DNA from: an uncultured Gemmataceae bacterium | GTDB lineage: Bacteria; Planctomycetota; Planctomycetia; Gemmatales; Gemmataceae | DNA length: 64,000 bases | Direction of reading: 5' to 3' | Assembly: GCA_963750165.1 (NCBI GenBank) | Contig: CAVVPN010000001.1 | Location: 96,001 to 160,000, forward strand | Part shown: in pieces, positions 8,847-18,457 of the stretch | Numbering within the stretch: the first letter of the stretch is position 1 | Layout: each line of letters begins with the position of its first letter | Position numbers and translations under genes: made by a program | Notes under the pieces: model-generated | Database searches by the model: none | What the model saw: the letters and a program-made list of their open reading frames with translations, nothing else | Told to the model about the DNA's origin: nothing

Positions 8847-10037
8847 TTAATACTTCGGCATGCCGCGATCAATCTTATCGGCCCACGCCAGGATGCCACC
8901 TTTAAGGTTCTTCAATTTTGTGAAGCCCTGCTGTCGCAGGAACGCAATCGCCCTGGCGGAGCGCATACCGCTCTTGCAATGCACCACCATCTCGCGGTTT
9001 TTGTCCAGTTCGCCGAAGCGCTGGCCCAGCTGCGGCAGCGGCAGCAGCACGCTGCCCGGAATCTGGCAAATCGCGTACTCCTCCGGGTTGCGGACGTCGA
9101 GGATAAACACCTTGTCGCCGCGGTCCAGGCGGGCCTTCAACTCCTCCACGGTCGTTTCCGTGGCGTCCGCGGCCGCCGGGGCGGGCGCTTCCTGGCCGCG
9201 CACGCCGCAGAATTGTTCGTAGTCGATCAGCTTCGTGATGGTCGGCTGGTCGCCGCACAGCGGGCACTTCGGATTGCGGCGAATCTTGAACTCCTGAAAG
9301 CGCATCCGCAGTGCATCATAGAGCAGCAGCCGGCCGATGAGCGGCTCGCCCTGGCCGAGAATCAGCTTGACCGCCTCCGTCGCCTGGATGCAGCCGACCA
9401 GGCCCGGCAGGATGCCGAGCACGCCCCCCTCGGCACAGCTCGGCACCTCACCGGGAGGCGGCGGCTCCGGGTACAGGCAGCGGTAGCACGGCCCGTGCGG
9501 CGGATGGAACACCGATGCCTGGCCGTCGAAGCGGAAGATGCTGCCGTAGACGTTCGGCTTGCCCAGCAGCACGCAGGCGTCGTTCACCAGGTAGCGCGTC
9601 GGGAAATTGTCGGTGCCATCGATCACGAGGTCATACGGCTCGAAGAGTGACAGGGCGTTGGCACTGGTCAGCCGCGTTTCGTAGAGATCGACCTGCACCT
9701 CGGGGTTGATCGCTTGCAGTTTTTCCTGCGCGGACTGCAGCTTGGGCCGGCCCACGTCGGCGGTGAAGTGCAGCACCTGGCGGTGCAGGTTGCTGAAATC
9801 GACGGTATCGAAATCGACGAGGCCGAGGCGGCCGACGCCGGCGGCGGCCAGGTACAGGCCCAGCGGCGAGCCGAGGCCGCCCGCGCCGATCAGCAGGACG
9901 CGGGCGGCCTTGAGGCGCTTCTGGCCCTCGACGCCGACCTCCGGCATGATGAGGTGGCGGCTGTAGCGGGCGACCTCGTTTGGCGACAGGGTCGCCGTGG
10001 ACGCCGCCGCGGTGATGCGCTCCAGGTTGACGCTCAT
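8847..10037 (-). CDS. moeB: Molybdopterin-synthase adenylyltransferase MoeB with C-terminal rhodanese domain (MoeZ type)
   Basis: 396 aa; RYSRH, GAGGLG, DGTDNFPTRY, CYRC and CPLC zinc motifs; rhodanese 'VVHCKSGMRS...NLKGGILAW'. Confidence 0.93.
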   Translation of the reverse strand: MSVNLERITAAASTATLSPNEVARYSRHLIMPEVGVEGQKRLKAARVLLIGAGGLGSPLGLYLAAAGVGRLGLVDFDTVDFSNLHRQVLHFTADVGRPKLQSAQEKLQAINPEVQVDLYETRLTSANALSLFEPYDLVIDGTDNFPTRYLVNDACVLLGKPNVYGSIFRFDGQASVFHPPHGPCYRCLYPEPPPPGEVPSCAEGGVLGILPGLVGCIQATEAVKLILGQGEPLIGRLLLYDALRMRFQEFKIRRNPKCPLCGDQPTITKLIDYEQFCGVRGQEAPAPAAADATETTVEELKARLDRGDKVFILDVRNPEEYAICQIPGSVLLPLPQLGQRFGELDKNREMVVHCKSGMRSARAIAFLRQQGFTKLKNLKGGILAWADKIDRGMPKY

Positions 10038-10073
10038 GGGGTGTCAGTTCTCGGTGGAATCAAGAGGGTGAGG

Positions 10074-10718
10074 TTATTTTTTCTTGGCGATCACGGCCTG
10101 CGTGGTTTCCGTTTTCCGGCGGAAGAGGCCCAGTCCCACGTTCAGAACCTGGCCGTCCAGGTCGCCCGTCTTGTTGTCGTTTTTCGCGGACTGGAACTTC
10201 AGGTCCTTCAGGATCAACTCATCCCCGTCCAGTCGGTAGCGCATGCTGAAGGGCTGTTCCTGGAGCGCATTCATGACCTCCAGTACCTTCCCGAGATCAT
10301 CGAAGTCCTGTTTCTTCTTGCCGCCGATCTTGATGTCCGCCATCGACACCACGCCGTAGATGACGCTGTCTTTCGTCACGCTGTAGTCCGTCCGGAACGT
10401 GACGGTCACGTCCTTGACGTCGCCTTCTTTCACCTTCATGTAAACCGTGCCGTAAAGCTGATCGTTGTCGAAGCGGAGCGTGACGGCCAGCGGCCCAATT
10501 TTGCGCTCCCAGGTGCCGAGCGGTTTGTTCGTCGTCTCCGTGCGGGTGGTTGAATCCCCACATGTGACTGGAATCGGGTATGAGCTGCCGATCGAGGGGC
10601 TGCTGTTCGTCGCTTTGTACGGCGACTGCGACCACAGCACTGCCCCACCCGTGGCAACGATGCCCAGAATCACGATGGCGCCACCGGCGCGATACCAACT
10701 CCTGCGGGTCATGGCCAT
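10074..10718 (-). CDS. Hypothetical exported or membrane-anchored protein
   Basis: 214 aa; GGAGGG RBS; N-terminal hydrophobic segment; beta-rich, Lys-rich body. Confidence 0.75.
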   Translation of the reverse strand: MAMTRRSWYRAGGAIVILGIVATGGAVLWSQSPYKATNSSPSIGSSYPIPVTCGDSTTRTETTNKPLGTWERKIGPLAVTLRFDNDQLYGTVYMKVKEGDVKDVTVTFRTDYSVTKDSVIYGVVSMADIKIGGKKKQDFDDLGKVLEVMNALQEQPFSMRYRLDGDELILKDLKFQSAKNDNKTGDLDGQVLNVGLGLFRRKTETTQAVIAKKK

Positions 10719-10763
10719 GAGTTCCCTCCTTGGACCGAGAAAAAGACGCCATCCGTGGAGCAG

Positions 10764-10831
10764 GGCGAGCGGCGCGGCGTCAGCCCGCCGGTACTGCGCG
10801 CCACCGGCGGGCTGACGCCGCGCCGCTCGCC
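10764..10831. repeat. REP-like palindrome with 29-bp arms
   Basis: GGCGAGCGGCGCGGCGTCAGCCCGCCGGT-N10-ACCGGCGGGCTGACGCCGCGCCGCTCGCC. Confidence 0.9.
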
Positions 10832-10850
10832 ATCAGTTGCGACACGCGGG

Positions 10851-12088
10851 TCAGCTCAACGCCCCGACCACCAGGCAGCAGTTGTGCCCGCCGAAGCCAA
10901 AGCTGTTGGAAATCGCCCGCCGCACGCGCTTCTCGCGCGCCATGTTCGGCACGTAATCCAGATCGCACTGCGGATCGGGGTTGTCCAGATTGATCGTCGG
11001 ATGCAGCACACCCTTCGCAATCGACATGGCCGTCGCAATCAACTCGACGCCGCCGCTGGCCCCGAGCAGATGGCCGATCATGCTCTTGGTGCTGCTGATC
11101 GCCAGCCGGCGGGCGTGCTCCTTGAAGACGCGCTTGATCGCCCCGGTTTCGGCCACGTCGCCCAGTTCCGTGCTGGTGCCGTGCGCGTTGACGTAGTCCA
11201 CGTCCTCCGGGTTGATGCGGGCGTCGCGCAGTGCCAACTCCATCGCCCGCGCCGCCCCAATCCCTCCGGGTGCGGCGCCGTGATGTGGTGCGCGTCGGCG
11301 GTGCTGCCGCTGCCCAGCAGCTCGGCGTAAATCTTCGCGCCGCGCTTTTTGGCGTGTTCCAGCTCTTCAATGACCACGATGCCGGCGCCCTCGCTGAGGA
11401 TGAAACCGTCGCGGTCGCGGTCGAACGGCCGGCTGGCGCGCGGCGGGTCGTCGTTGCGCGTGGACAGCGCCCGCGCCGAACAGAAGCCGCCCAAACCCAT
11501 CGGCGTGATCGCCGCCTCGCTGCCGCCCGTGACCATCACCTCCGCCTGGTCGTACTGGATCGCCCGCACCGCGTCGCCGATGGCGTGCGCCGCGCTGGCG
11601 CACGCCGTTGAAATGGCGGTGTTCGGGCCGCACAGGCCGAACTCGATGGAAATGTTGCCCGCCGCCGCGTTCGCGATCATTTTCGGGATCACGAACGGGC
11701 TGATGCGCCCCGGCCCGTCCTTGAGGTAGCGGGCGTGCTGCTCCTCGAACTCGTTCAGGCCGCCGATGCCGCTGCCGATGATCGTGCCGGCGCGGAACGG
11801 ATCGCCCTTGCCGAAGTCGATGCCGCTATCGCGCACCGCCTCCTTCGCCGCCACCAGCGCGAACTGCGCGAAGCGGTCCAGCCGCCGGGCCGCCTTCACG
11901 TCGAGGTGCCTGGCCGGGTCCCAGCCTTTCACCTCGCCGCCGAAGCGGACCTTGAACGCGCTGGTGTCGAACTGCTCGATCAGTCCGACGCCGCTGCGCC
12001 CGGCCAGGAGTCCTTGCCAGAAGGCGGTCAACTCCGAGGAGAGCGAGTTGACCGTCCCCATGCCGGTGATGACGACACGTCGGATCAT
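10851..12088 (-). CDS. fabF: Beta-ketoacyl-ACP synthase II (one frameshift near 11257, probably a sequence error)
   Basis: 5' ORF 'RRVVITGMG...STACAS...[12 protein letters not shown]'; 3' ORF 'YVNAHGTST...[12 protein letters not shown]...[10 protein letters not shown]'; the frames join at a G4 run. Confidence 0.93.
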
Positions 12089-12672
12089 TTCTTGGCCAGC
12101 TCCCGCTCGATGTAATCGATTGCCTCGCCCACGGTCTTGATCTTCTCGGCCTGCTCGTCGGGGATGGTGATCTCGAACTCCTCTTCGAGTTCCATCACCA
12201 GCTCGACGATGTCCAGCGAGTCGGCGCCGATGTCCTCGGTGAAGGAGGTGGCGCGCGTCACCTGCTCCTTGTTGACGCCGAGGTTCTCGCAGACGAGGTT
12301 GATGACGCGCTCCTCCACGGTGGCGCCGGGGGTGCGTTCGCGGCGCGGCTTGGCCGGCGTGTCACCGCCGCGGCCCAGGGCCTGGGCCCAGGACTCCACC
12401 GCCCAGCGGGCCTGGTCCTGCGGCACCTCCTGCTTGTCGGTCAGGCGCTGGGCCAACCGGCCGACCTCGTCGGCGGAGACAACGCCCTTGCCGCCCTTGA
12501 GTTCGGCGACCACTTCCGCCTTGACGGCGGCGATCAGGCTGGCGACCTCAGCACGGTGCTTGCCGCCAGTGCCGTCGTTGAGGATGCCCTCCAGGCGGCG
12601 CGGATCGTCGGCGACGCCGGCGCCCTGTTCCTTGATGACCTCGCACAGTTTTTGACGCGGTAAATCGCTCAT
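12085..12672 (-). CDS. acpP: Acyl carrier protein with an extra ~110-aa N-terminal helical domain
   Basis: C-terminal 80 aa is a canonical ACP ([37 protein letters not shown]); overlaps the fabF start; in-frame N-terminal extension. Confidence 0.88.
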   Translation of the reverse strand: MSDLPRQKLCEVIKEQGAGVADDPRRLEGILNDGTGGKHRAEVASLIAAVKAEVVAELKGGKGVVSADEVGRLAQRLTDKQEVPQDQARWAVESWAQALGRGGDTPAKPRRERTPGATVEERVINLVCENLGVNKEQVTRATSFTEDIGADSLDIVELVMELEEEFEITIPDEQAEKIKTVGEAIDYIERELAKK

Positions 12673-12749
12673 GGTCTTATCCTGAAAAAAATGAACGGTC
12701 GTGGCGGTTCGCCTGACGGGCGCGGTCAGGAGTTGGCGGTCGCTTCGTT

Positions 12750-12853
12750 CTCCCTGCCCCCCTGGTGGGGGAGGGTGGGGGTGGCGGGGAGGAACTCAGG
12801 TTGCACAGGGTTGATCCCCCCCACCCCCACCCTCCCCCACCAGGGGGAGGGAG
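12750..12853. repeat. REP-like inverted repeat (CTCCC...GGGAG family)
   Basis: CTCCCTGCCCCCCTGGTGGGGGAGGGTGGGGGTGG ... CCACCCCCACCCTCCCCCACCAGGGGGAGGGAG. Confidence 0.85.
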
Positions 12854-13060
12854 TGAAGAGCAAACTGCCCGGGGTAGCGCGGTGCGACAGGGCCAGCGGA
12901 GCAACGGACGCTCTGGTTATGTACCACAGCGAGCGCATGGCGAGCAAGACGGATCTTGGAGGGCCACGCGGGACGGGCAGGGGCGCGCCCTCTGGCCGAC
13001 GCATTCTAAACAGTGAATTTACAAAAAGGACCGCCCCTGGACAGAGGGCGGCCGCCGGCT

Positions 13061-13969
13061 TCAAGCGCCGACATTGACGCACTCGGCGGTGCGCTTGATC
13101 CGCTTGAGCAGTCCCGCCAGCACGCGGCCGGGGCCGATCTCGTAAAACCGCTCGACGCCGGCGTCCACCAGGCCGCGCAGCAGGTGCTCGAACAGGACCG
13201 GCTGCACAACCTGGCGCACCAGCAGTTGCTTGATTTCCGCCGGGTCGGTGTGCGGCCGGGCGTCCACGTTCGACCACACCGGCACACGCGGCGCTTGCAG
13301 CGACACCTCGGCCAGCGCCGCCGCCAGCTGATCGTCAGCGGGTTTCATCAATTCCGTGTGGAAGGCGCCGGCGACGGCCAGGCGGATGGTCTTCATGGCA
13401 CCGTGCTCGGGGGCCAGGCGCTCGACCTCGTCGCAGGCGGCCGTCGTGCCGGAGACGACGATGTTGGCCGGGCAGAGCAGGTTGGCGACGGCGACGAAGC
13501 CCCTGGGCCGGGCGGCGGCGCACAGGGCTTCCACCCTGGTTTGATCCAGGCCGAGGACGCTGACCATGCCGCTGGGCGTGGCATCGGCTGCGGCCTGCAT
13601 GGCCTCACCGCGGCGGCGCACGACGCGCAGGCCGTCGGCGAAACTCAGGGCGCCGGCGCAGACCAGGGCGGTGTATTCACCCAGGCTCAGCCCGGCGGCA
13701 GCGACGGCGGTGGACTCGGCGGCGGCGTCGGTGGAGCGCAGGCTTTCGAGCGCGGCCAGGCTGGCGACGAAGAGGGCGGGCTGGCTGATGACGGTGGCGT
13801 TCAGGCGTTCGGCCGGGCCGCTGGCGCAGACGGCGCGCAGATCGTAGCCGAGGATGGCAGCGGCTTCGTCGAAGAGCTGGCGGGCGCACGGCAGCGTGGC
13901 GCAGAGCTGCTGGGCCATGCCCACGGTCTGGGCCCCTTGCCCGGGAAAGAGGAAGGCACTCTTCGGCAT
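13061..13969 (-). CDS. fabD: Malonyl-CoA:ACP transacylase
   Basis: MPKSAFLFPGQGAQ, QPALF, GLSLGEY, LAVAGAFH, EIGPGRVL; start placed at ATG 13969. Confidence 0.95.
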   Translation of the reverse strand: MPKSAFLFPGQGAQTVGMAQQLCATLPCARQLFDEAAAILGYDLRAVCASGPAERLNATVISQPALFVASLAALESLRSTDAAAESTAVAAAGLSLGEYTALVCAGALSFADGLRVVRRRGEAMQAAADATPSGMVSVLGLDQTRVEALCAAARPRGFVAVANLLCPANIVVSGTTAACDEVERLAPEHGAMKTIRLAVAGAFHTELMKPADDQLAAALAEVSLQAPRVPVWSNVDARPHTDPAEIKQLLVRQVVQPVLFEHLLRGLVDAGVERFYEIGPGRVLAGLLKRIKRTAECVNVGA

Positions 13970-13995
13970 GATGATTGACCCACGATTCTGTTTTG

Positions 13996-14016
13996 GGACA
14001 GGTTGGCAACCTGTCC
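13996..14016. repeat. Short REP-like hairpin
   Basis: GGACAGGTTGGCAACCTGTCC. Confidence 0.7.
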
Positions 14017-14150
14017 TGCGAGACCGCTCCACCCGACTGCCAGGCGCTCAACAGCCGGAACTCGACCCGGCGCTGGCGCTCCGACTGGTAACGCCTGGTC
14101 ACGGCAACTGGACTGCGAACCCCCTCCCCCGGCTTAGAGCGGTTCGCAGT

Positions 14151-14220
14151 TGGGTGTAGCGGAAGTCGCCAGACTTCCGTCCGGTGCTGCTCGGAAGTCT
14201 GGCGACTTCCGCTACACCCA
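14151..14220. repeat. REP doublet (GTAG type)
   Basis: TGGGTGTAGCGGAAGTCGCCAGACTTCCG-N12-CGGAAGTCTGGCGACTTCCGCTACACCCA; perfect 29-bp arms, each with an internal hairpin. Confidence 0.9.
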
Positions 14221-14262
14221 TTCGCAACCTGCAATAAATGATCCATCCAGCGCCCGGAGGCG

Positions 14263-15726
14263 TCAGGACCGGGCCGGGTTCTTTTTCTTCGTCTTCGGTT
14301 TCGGAGCGGTCTGGGCGTTGGGGTCCCCGAAGTCTTTCTCCAACGCGGCCAGCAGCCGTTTGACATCGAGCACGCCGAAGCCGTACTCGTAATTGTGGCC
14401 CCGGGTCCCGCCCGGTTGCACCGCCGAATGCCGCAGCAAGTCGCGGAGCCGGGCCGGCGGCACCAGGCTGCTCGGGTACAGCCGGCGGATCGCCGCCACG
14501 ACGCCCGTGGCCACCGGCGTGGCCGCCGACGTGCCACCGTCGGCGGTGTAGACCCCGGAGCCCGCGAAATGCGTGTAACAGGCCAGGTCCGGCTTCTGCT
14601 TCTCCAGCCGGCCCGGCCCCTTGGTCGAGTAGCCCAGGCGCGTGTTGTTCTGGGTAGCGACGCCCGCCACACAGGTCACCGCGGCGGAGGAGTTGGCCCC
14701 GTAGATGCCGGCGTTGGTGAAAGTGCCACAGCGCCCGTCCGGGCACTCCGGCCCGCAGTTGCCGGCCGCGAACAGGATGTCCGCCCCGGCCGCCTCCAGG
14801 CTGGCGACGAGGATGTTGAACGGGTGGTTGGGGTTGTCGCTGTAGTTCTGCGGGTCGCCAACGGGAAAGTCCCACGACGGCTGAAACATGCCCCAGCTGT
14901 TGTTGACGACCAGGGTGCGCGGGAAGTGGTCGCCGGCGAACGGCTGCGGGCCGCGCGTCAGCCAACTGAGCAGGATGCCGTAGGCCTGCACCGCGTCGCT
15001 GAGCAGACCGTCCATGGTGGAACCGCCGGGCGTCTGCGAGGTCAGCACGGCGTGGTCCACCACGGTGCATGCGGGGGCGCAAATGCACACGTCATAGGCA
15101 CACATGGTGCCGTGGTCCACCGGCATGTTCCCCAGAGGCTGGTTGGCCAACGGCCCCCAGCTGAGGTCGGCGTCGAAGGCCGGCGTCTTGCCGCGTGCCC
15201 GCAGGTAGGTCAGGTTGAAGCCGGTGTCCACAATCACCACGCGCACGCCCGCACCGTCCATGCCGCGGCGCTGCAGCTCCGCCACCTGCAGCAGCTGGGC
15301 GACGGTGAGGTCGCTGCCGATGGGGCCGTTCGGGCAAACGTGGGCGATGGGCTGGATGCGCGGGTCAGCGAAGACGCCCACCACGCCAGGATCGGTGCCG
15401 GCTTTTTCCAGGAACGCCTGGAGGGTGTCGGGATGAACGGCGCCGCGCAACAGGTAGGTGGCGGGGTCCGCGCCGCTGAAGGAAGCCGTGGCCAGGGCGA
15501 AGGCGGCGCCCGAGGCGGCCGGGCCGCCCGAGGAGCGCGGCGGGATCGGCACCGGTGAATAGCCCGTGTCGATTTGCAGCCCCGGGAAGCGGGGGCCGGT
15601 GGTGGGGGCCTGGGCGGGCCCCATCGCGAAGGCGGCGGCAGGGGCGGTGCCGACCGGGCCAAACGAGGCGGCGGCCAGCATCGGCGTCGAACGCATCTGC
15701 AACATCACACGGACGGGCTCGGACAT
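14263..15726 (-). CDS. S8 (subtilase) serine peptidase with no obvious signal peptide
   Basis: 487 aa; catalytic motifs IVDTG, DHGT, NNSWG, FAAGN, GTSAATP. Confidence 0.9.
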   Translation of the reverse strand: MSEPVRVMLQMRSTPMLAAASFGPVGTAPAAAFAMGPAQAPTTGPRFPGLQIDTGYSPVPIPPRSSGGPAASGAAFALATASFSGADPATYLLRGAVHPDTLQAFLEKAGTDPGVVGVFADPRIQPIAHVCPNGPIGSDLTVAQLLQVAELQRRGMDGAGVRVVIVDTGFNLTYLRARGKTPAFDADLSWGPLANQPLGNMPVDHGTMCAYDVCICAPACTVVDHAVLTSQTPGGSTMDGLLSDAVQAYGILLSWLTRGPQPFAGDHFPRTLVVNNSWGMFQPSWDFPVGDPQNYSDNPNHPFNILVASLEAAGADILFAAGNCGPECPDGRCGTFTNAGIYGANSSAAVTCVAGVATQNNTRLGYSTKGPGRLEKQKPDLACYTHFAGSGVYTADGGTSAATPVATGVVAAIRRLYPSSLVPPARLRDLLRHSAVQPGGTRGHNYEYGFGVLDVKRLLAALEKDFGDPNAQTAPKPKTKKKNPARS

Positions 15727-15749
15727 GGGGCACCGAGGTTAAAGTGCTA

Positions 15750-15986
15750 TCAGGTGGTGCTAATGCGCACGTCGCCGTAGGCCCCCTGGATTTCCGGACT
15801 CAAGCGCGTTCGAGTTTCGAGGTTGTCCACCGCGGGGGCGCGCACCACGTACAGGGATTGCCGGGGGTCAATGCACACGATGCCGAAGCGGGCGTCGAGC
15901 GGCAAGTCTTCCAGGCCGGGTAGGGCCTGGACGGCGTCCAGCGACGGTTGCGGGCCGGGCATCTTTATTTTAATCATGGCGGCCAT
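15750..15986 (-). CDS. Small protein resembling the prodomain of the downstream subtilase
   Basis: 78 aa; GGAGGG RBS before ATG 15986; motif similarity to the N-terminal part of the adjacent S8 peptidase. Confidence 0.75.
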   Translation of the reverse strand: MAAMIKIKMPGPQPSLDAVQALPGLEDLPLDARFGIVCIDPRQSLYVVRAPAVDNLETRTRLSPEIQGAYGDVRISTT

Positions 15987-16046
15987 GGTTTCCCTCCAAA
16001 TCAATACCGGGCGCTCCCCGCGCGCATTATACGAAGTGAGGCGGGG

Positions 16047-17066
16047 TCAATCGTTTTCCGCGGCCGGCGTCGGGCTCGCCTCCAGCTCCTGCACGATGCG
16101 CTCGTTGAGCCGGGTCTCGGCGTACTCGGCCGCCACCGCCAGCGCGTTCTTGATCGCCCGATCCCCCGAGCTACCGTGACAGATGATGCAGATGCCGTCA
16201 ATGCCCAGCAGCGGCGCCCCGCCGTGCTCCGCGTAGTCGTAGCGCTCCACCAGCGCTTGCAGCGCCTCCTGGCCCAGTGCCTTTTCCGCGTTGAGCCGCG
16301 CGTGCAGTTCCTGGCCGACCATCTTCATCACGAACTCGAACAGCCCCTCACACACCTTCAGCACCACGTTGCCGACGAAGCCATCGGTCACGATCACGTC
16401 GCAGACGCCCTTGTGGATGTCGCGGCCCTCGACGTTGCCGATGAAGCGCTCGCGCAGCGGGCTGGCGTTGAACAGCGCGTGCGTGTCCCGGGCCAGGTCG
16501 TTGCCCTTCTGCTCCTCCGAGCCGACGTTCATCAGGCCGATCTTCGGCTGCTCGCGCTTGAGAATGTGCCGCGCGAAGATGCCACCCATGACGCCGTACT
16601 GAAACAGGTGCTCCGGCTTGGGGCTGATGTTGGCGCCCACGTCGAGCATGACGCACGGGCCGCGCAGCGTCGGCATCACCGCGGCGATGCCGGGGCGGCG
16701 CACGTTCGGCAGGAACAGCCGCAGTCGCAGACCGCCGGCGACCATGGCGCCGGTGTTGCCGGCGCTGACGATGGCGTCCACCTTGCGGCTGGCCAGCAGC
16801 TCCCAGCAGCGGCTGATGGAATTGTCCGGCTTCTTGCGCAGGGCGAGTACCGGGGCCTCTTCCATGCCGATGGCCTGGGCGCAGTGGAAGAGGTCCAGGC
16901 GGTCGCGCACGGCGGCGTCGGCGCCGGCCAGGCACGGCTCGATCTGGGCCTGGTCGCCGACGAGGACCACGCGCAGGTTGGGATCGGCGGCCACCGCCTG
17001 CACGGCGCCGGCGACGATCGGCCCCGGGGCGAGGTCGCCGCCCATCGCGTCCAGCGCGATCAGCAT
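16047..17066 (-). CDS. plsX: Phosphate acyltransferase PlsX
   Basis: MLIALDAMGGD, VSAGNTGA, LDVGAN, GNVEGRD, DGFVGNVVLK, GGAPLLG. Confidence 0.95.
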   Translation of the reverse strand: MLIALDAMGGDLAPGPIVAGAVQAVAADPNLRVVLVGDQAQIEPCLAGADAAVRDRLDLFHCAQAIGMEEAPVLALRKKPDNSISRCWELLASRKVDAIVSAGNTGAMVAGGLRLRLFLPNVRRPGIAAVMPTLRGPCVMLDVGANISPKPEHLFQYGVMGGIFARHILKREQPKIGLMNVGSEEQKGNDLARDTHALFNASPLRERFIGNVEGRDIHKGVCDVIVTDGFVGNVVLKVCEGLFEFVMKMVGQELHARLNAEKALGQEALQALVERYDYAEHGGAPLLGIDGICIICHGSSGDRAIKNALAVAAEYAETRLNERIVQELEASPTPAAEND

Positions 17067-17070
17067 ACGC

Positions 17071-17256
17071 TTACTTCTCCTGTTCCGGGGCGACGACCTC
17101 GCGCCCCTGATAATAACCGCAGCTGGCGCAGACGCGGTGTGGCAGCACGGGATCGCCGCACTGCGGGCAATATTGAATTTGCGTCGGCTTGATGTGCAGG
17201 TGGCTGCGTCGCTTGCCCTGCCGGGCGTGCGAGACGCGCCGCTTGGGAACTGCCAT
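17071..17256 (-). CDS. rpmF: 50S ribosomal protein L32
   Basis: MAVPKRRVSHARQGKRRSH...CPQCG...PHRVCASCGYY. Confidence 0.96.
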   Translation of the reverse strand: MAVPKRRVSHARQGKRRSHLHIKPTQIQYCPQCGDPVLPHRVCASCGYYQGREVVAPEQEK

Positions 17257-17350
17257 GATGGTTCTGCCTTCCTTTGGGCTCTGGACAAGGTGAGTTATCG
17301 TAGGTCCGGCGCGTCCCACGTGTCAAGGGCAACGGCTGGGAGCGCCCCTG

Positions 17351-18457
17351 TCAATTGAATGGGCCGGCGCGGTTTTGGCCAGAGGCGCCACGCGGCAGCA
17401 AATGAATCGCCGGCGCCTTGAGCAGCACCGTCACCGTGTCGCCTTCGCGCAGGTGCAGTTCATCGCACGCCGGCCGCGTCACCAGCGCCGCCAGCGCGAA
17501 GCCGCAGTCCAGGCCGACGCGCACCAGCGGCCCCTCGGGCACCAGGCTCACGACGCGCCCCGCCAGCCGGTTGCGGGCGCTGGTCGGCGCCATGTCCTTT
17601 TGCAGCACCACCTCCTCGGCGCGAATGCACACGTACACCTCCACTGCCGGTGTGTCGGGCGCCACCGCCAGCAGTTCCGCCCGGCCGACCGCCACCGTCG
17701 CCAGCCCGTCCGCGACACGCAACACCCGGCCCGGCTCGACCGTTTCGACGCCCACGATCCGCGCCACCGTCAGGTCCGCGGGCCGGCTGAAGACCTCATG
17801 CACCGGCCCGGCCTGGCGAATCTTGCCCGCGTCCAGCACAATCAGTTGGTCCGCCAATGCCATGGCCTCAACGCGGTCGTGCGTCACCAGCACCGCCGGT
17901 GTGGCCGCCGTCGCCAGCAGCCGCCGCAGTTCGCCGCGTAACTGCTCGCGGGTCGGCCCGTCCAGCGCCGACAGCGGCTCGTCCAGCAGCAACAGCCGTG
18001 GCCGCGGCGCCAGCGCCCGCGCCAGCGCCACGCGCTGCTGCTGGCCGCCCGACAGCTGCCGCGGATACCGTTCGTCCAGCCCCGTCAGCTGCAGTAGATC
18101 GAGCAGCTCCGCGATGCGCCGCCGTTCCGACCGGGCCAGGCCGTAGCCGATGTTGGCCGCGACGGTCAGGTGCGGGAACAGGGCGTACTCCTGGAACAGG
18201 AAACCGACGCCGCGCCGCTGCGGTGGCAGACACACGCCCGCGGCGGCGTCGAACCACGTGACGGCACCGCAGCGGATGACGCCGCGCTCCGGTTGCTCCA
18301 GGCCCGCCAGGCAGCGCAGGATCGTCGTCTTGCCGCAGCCGCTCGGGCCGTAGAGCACCGTGGTGCCGGCGCCCTCCGCCGGGCAGCGGAACGCCGCCTC
18401 GATGACGGCGCCGCCGGCGAAGCGCTTGGTGAAGTCGGCGGTCAGGGTGGCGCTCAT
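17351..18457 (-). CDS. modC: Molybdate ABC transporter ATP-binding protein with TOBE domains
   Basis: GPSGCGKT, LSGGQQQR, LLLDEP, SARNRL; overlaps the modB stop. Confidence 0.9.
   Translation of the reverse strand: MSATLTADFTKRFAGGAVIEAAFRCPAEGAGTTVLYGPSGCGKTTILRCLAGLEQPERGVIRCGAVTWFDAAAGVCLPPQRRGVGFLFQEYALFPHLTVAANIGYGLARSERRRIAELLDLLQLTGLDERYPRQLSGGQQQRVALARALAPRPRLLLLDEPLSALDGPTREQLRGELRRLLATAATPAVLVTHDRVEAMALADQLIVLDAGKIRQAGPVHEVFSRPADLTVARIVGVETVEPGRVLRVADGLATVAVGRAELLAVAPDTPAVEVYVCIRAEEVVLQKDMAPTSARNRLAGRVVSLVPEGPLVRVGLDCGFALAALVTRPACDELHLREGDTVTVLLKAPAIHLLPRGASGQNRAGPFN

Noticed and set aside
11240..11270. Programmed ribosomal frameshift in fabF
   Set aside because: No slippery heptamer; one extra G in a homopolymer among many similar indels is better explained by sequencing error.
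12677..13077. Short ORFs between fabD and acpP (possible fabG remnant)
   Set aside because: The translations derive from the G/C palindrome and show no short-chain dehydrogenase motifs (TGxxxGIG, YxxxK).
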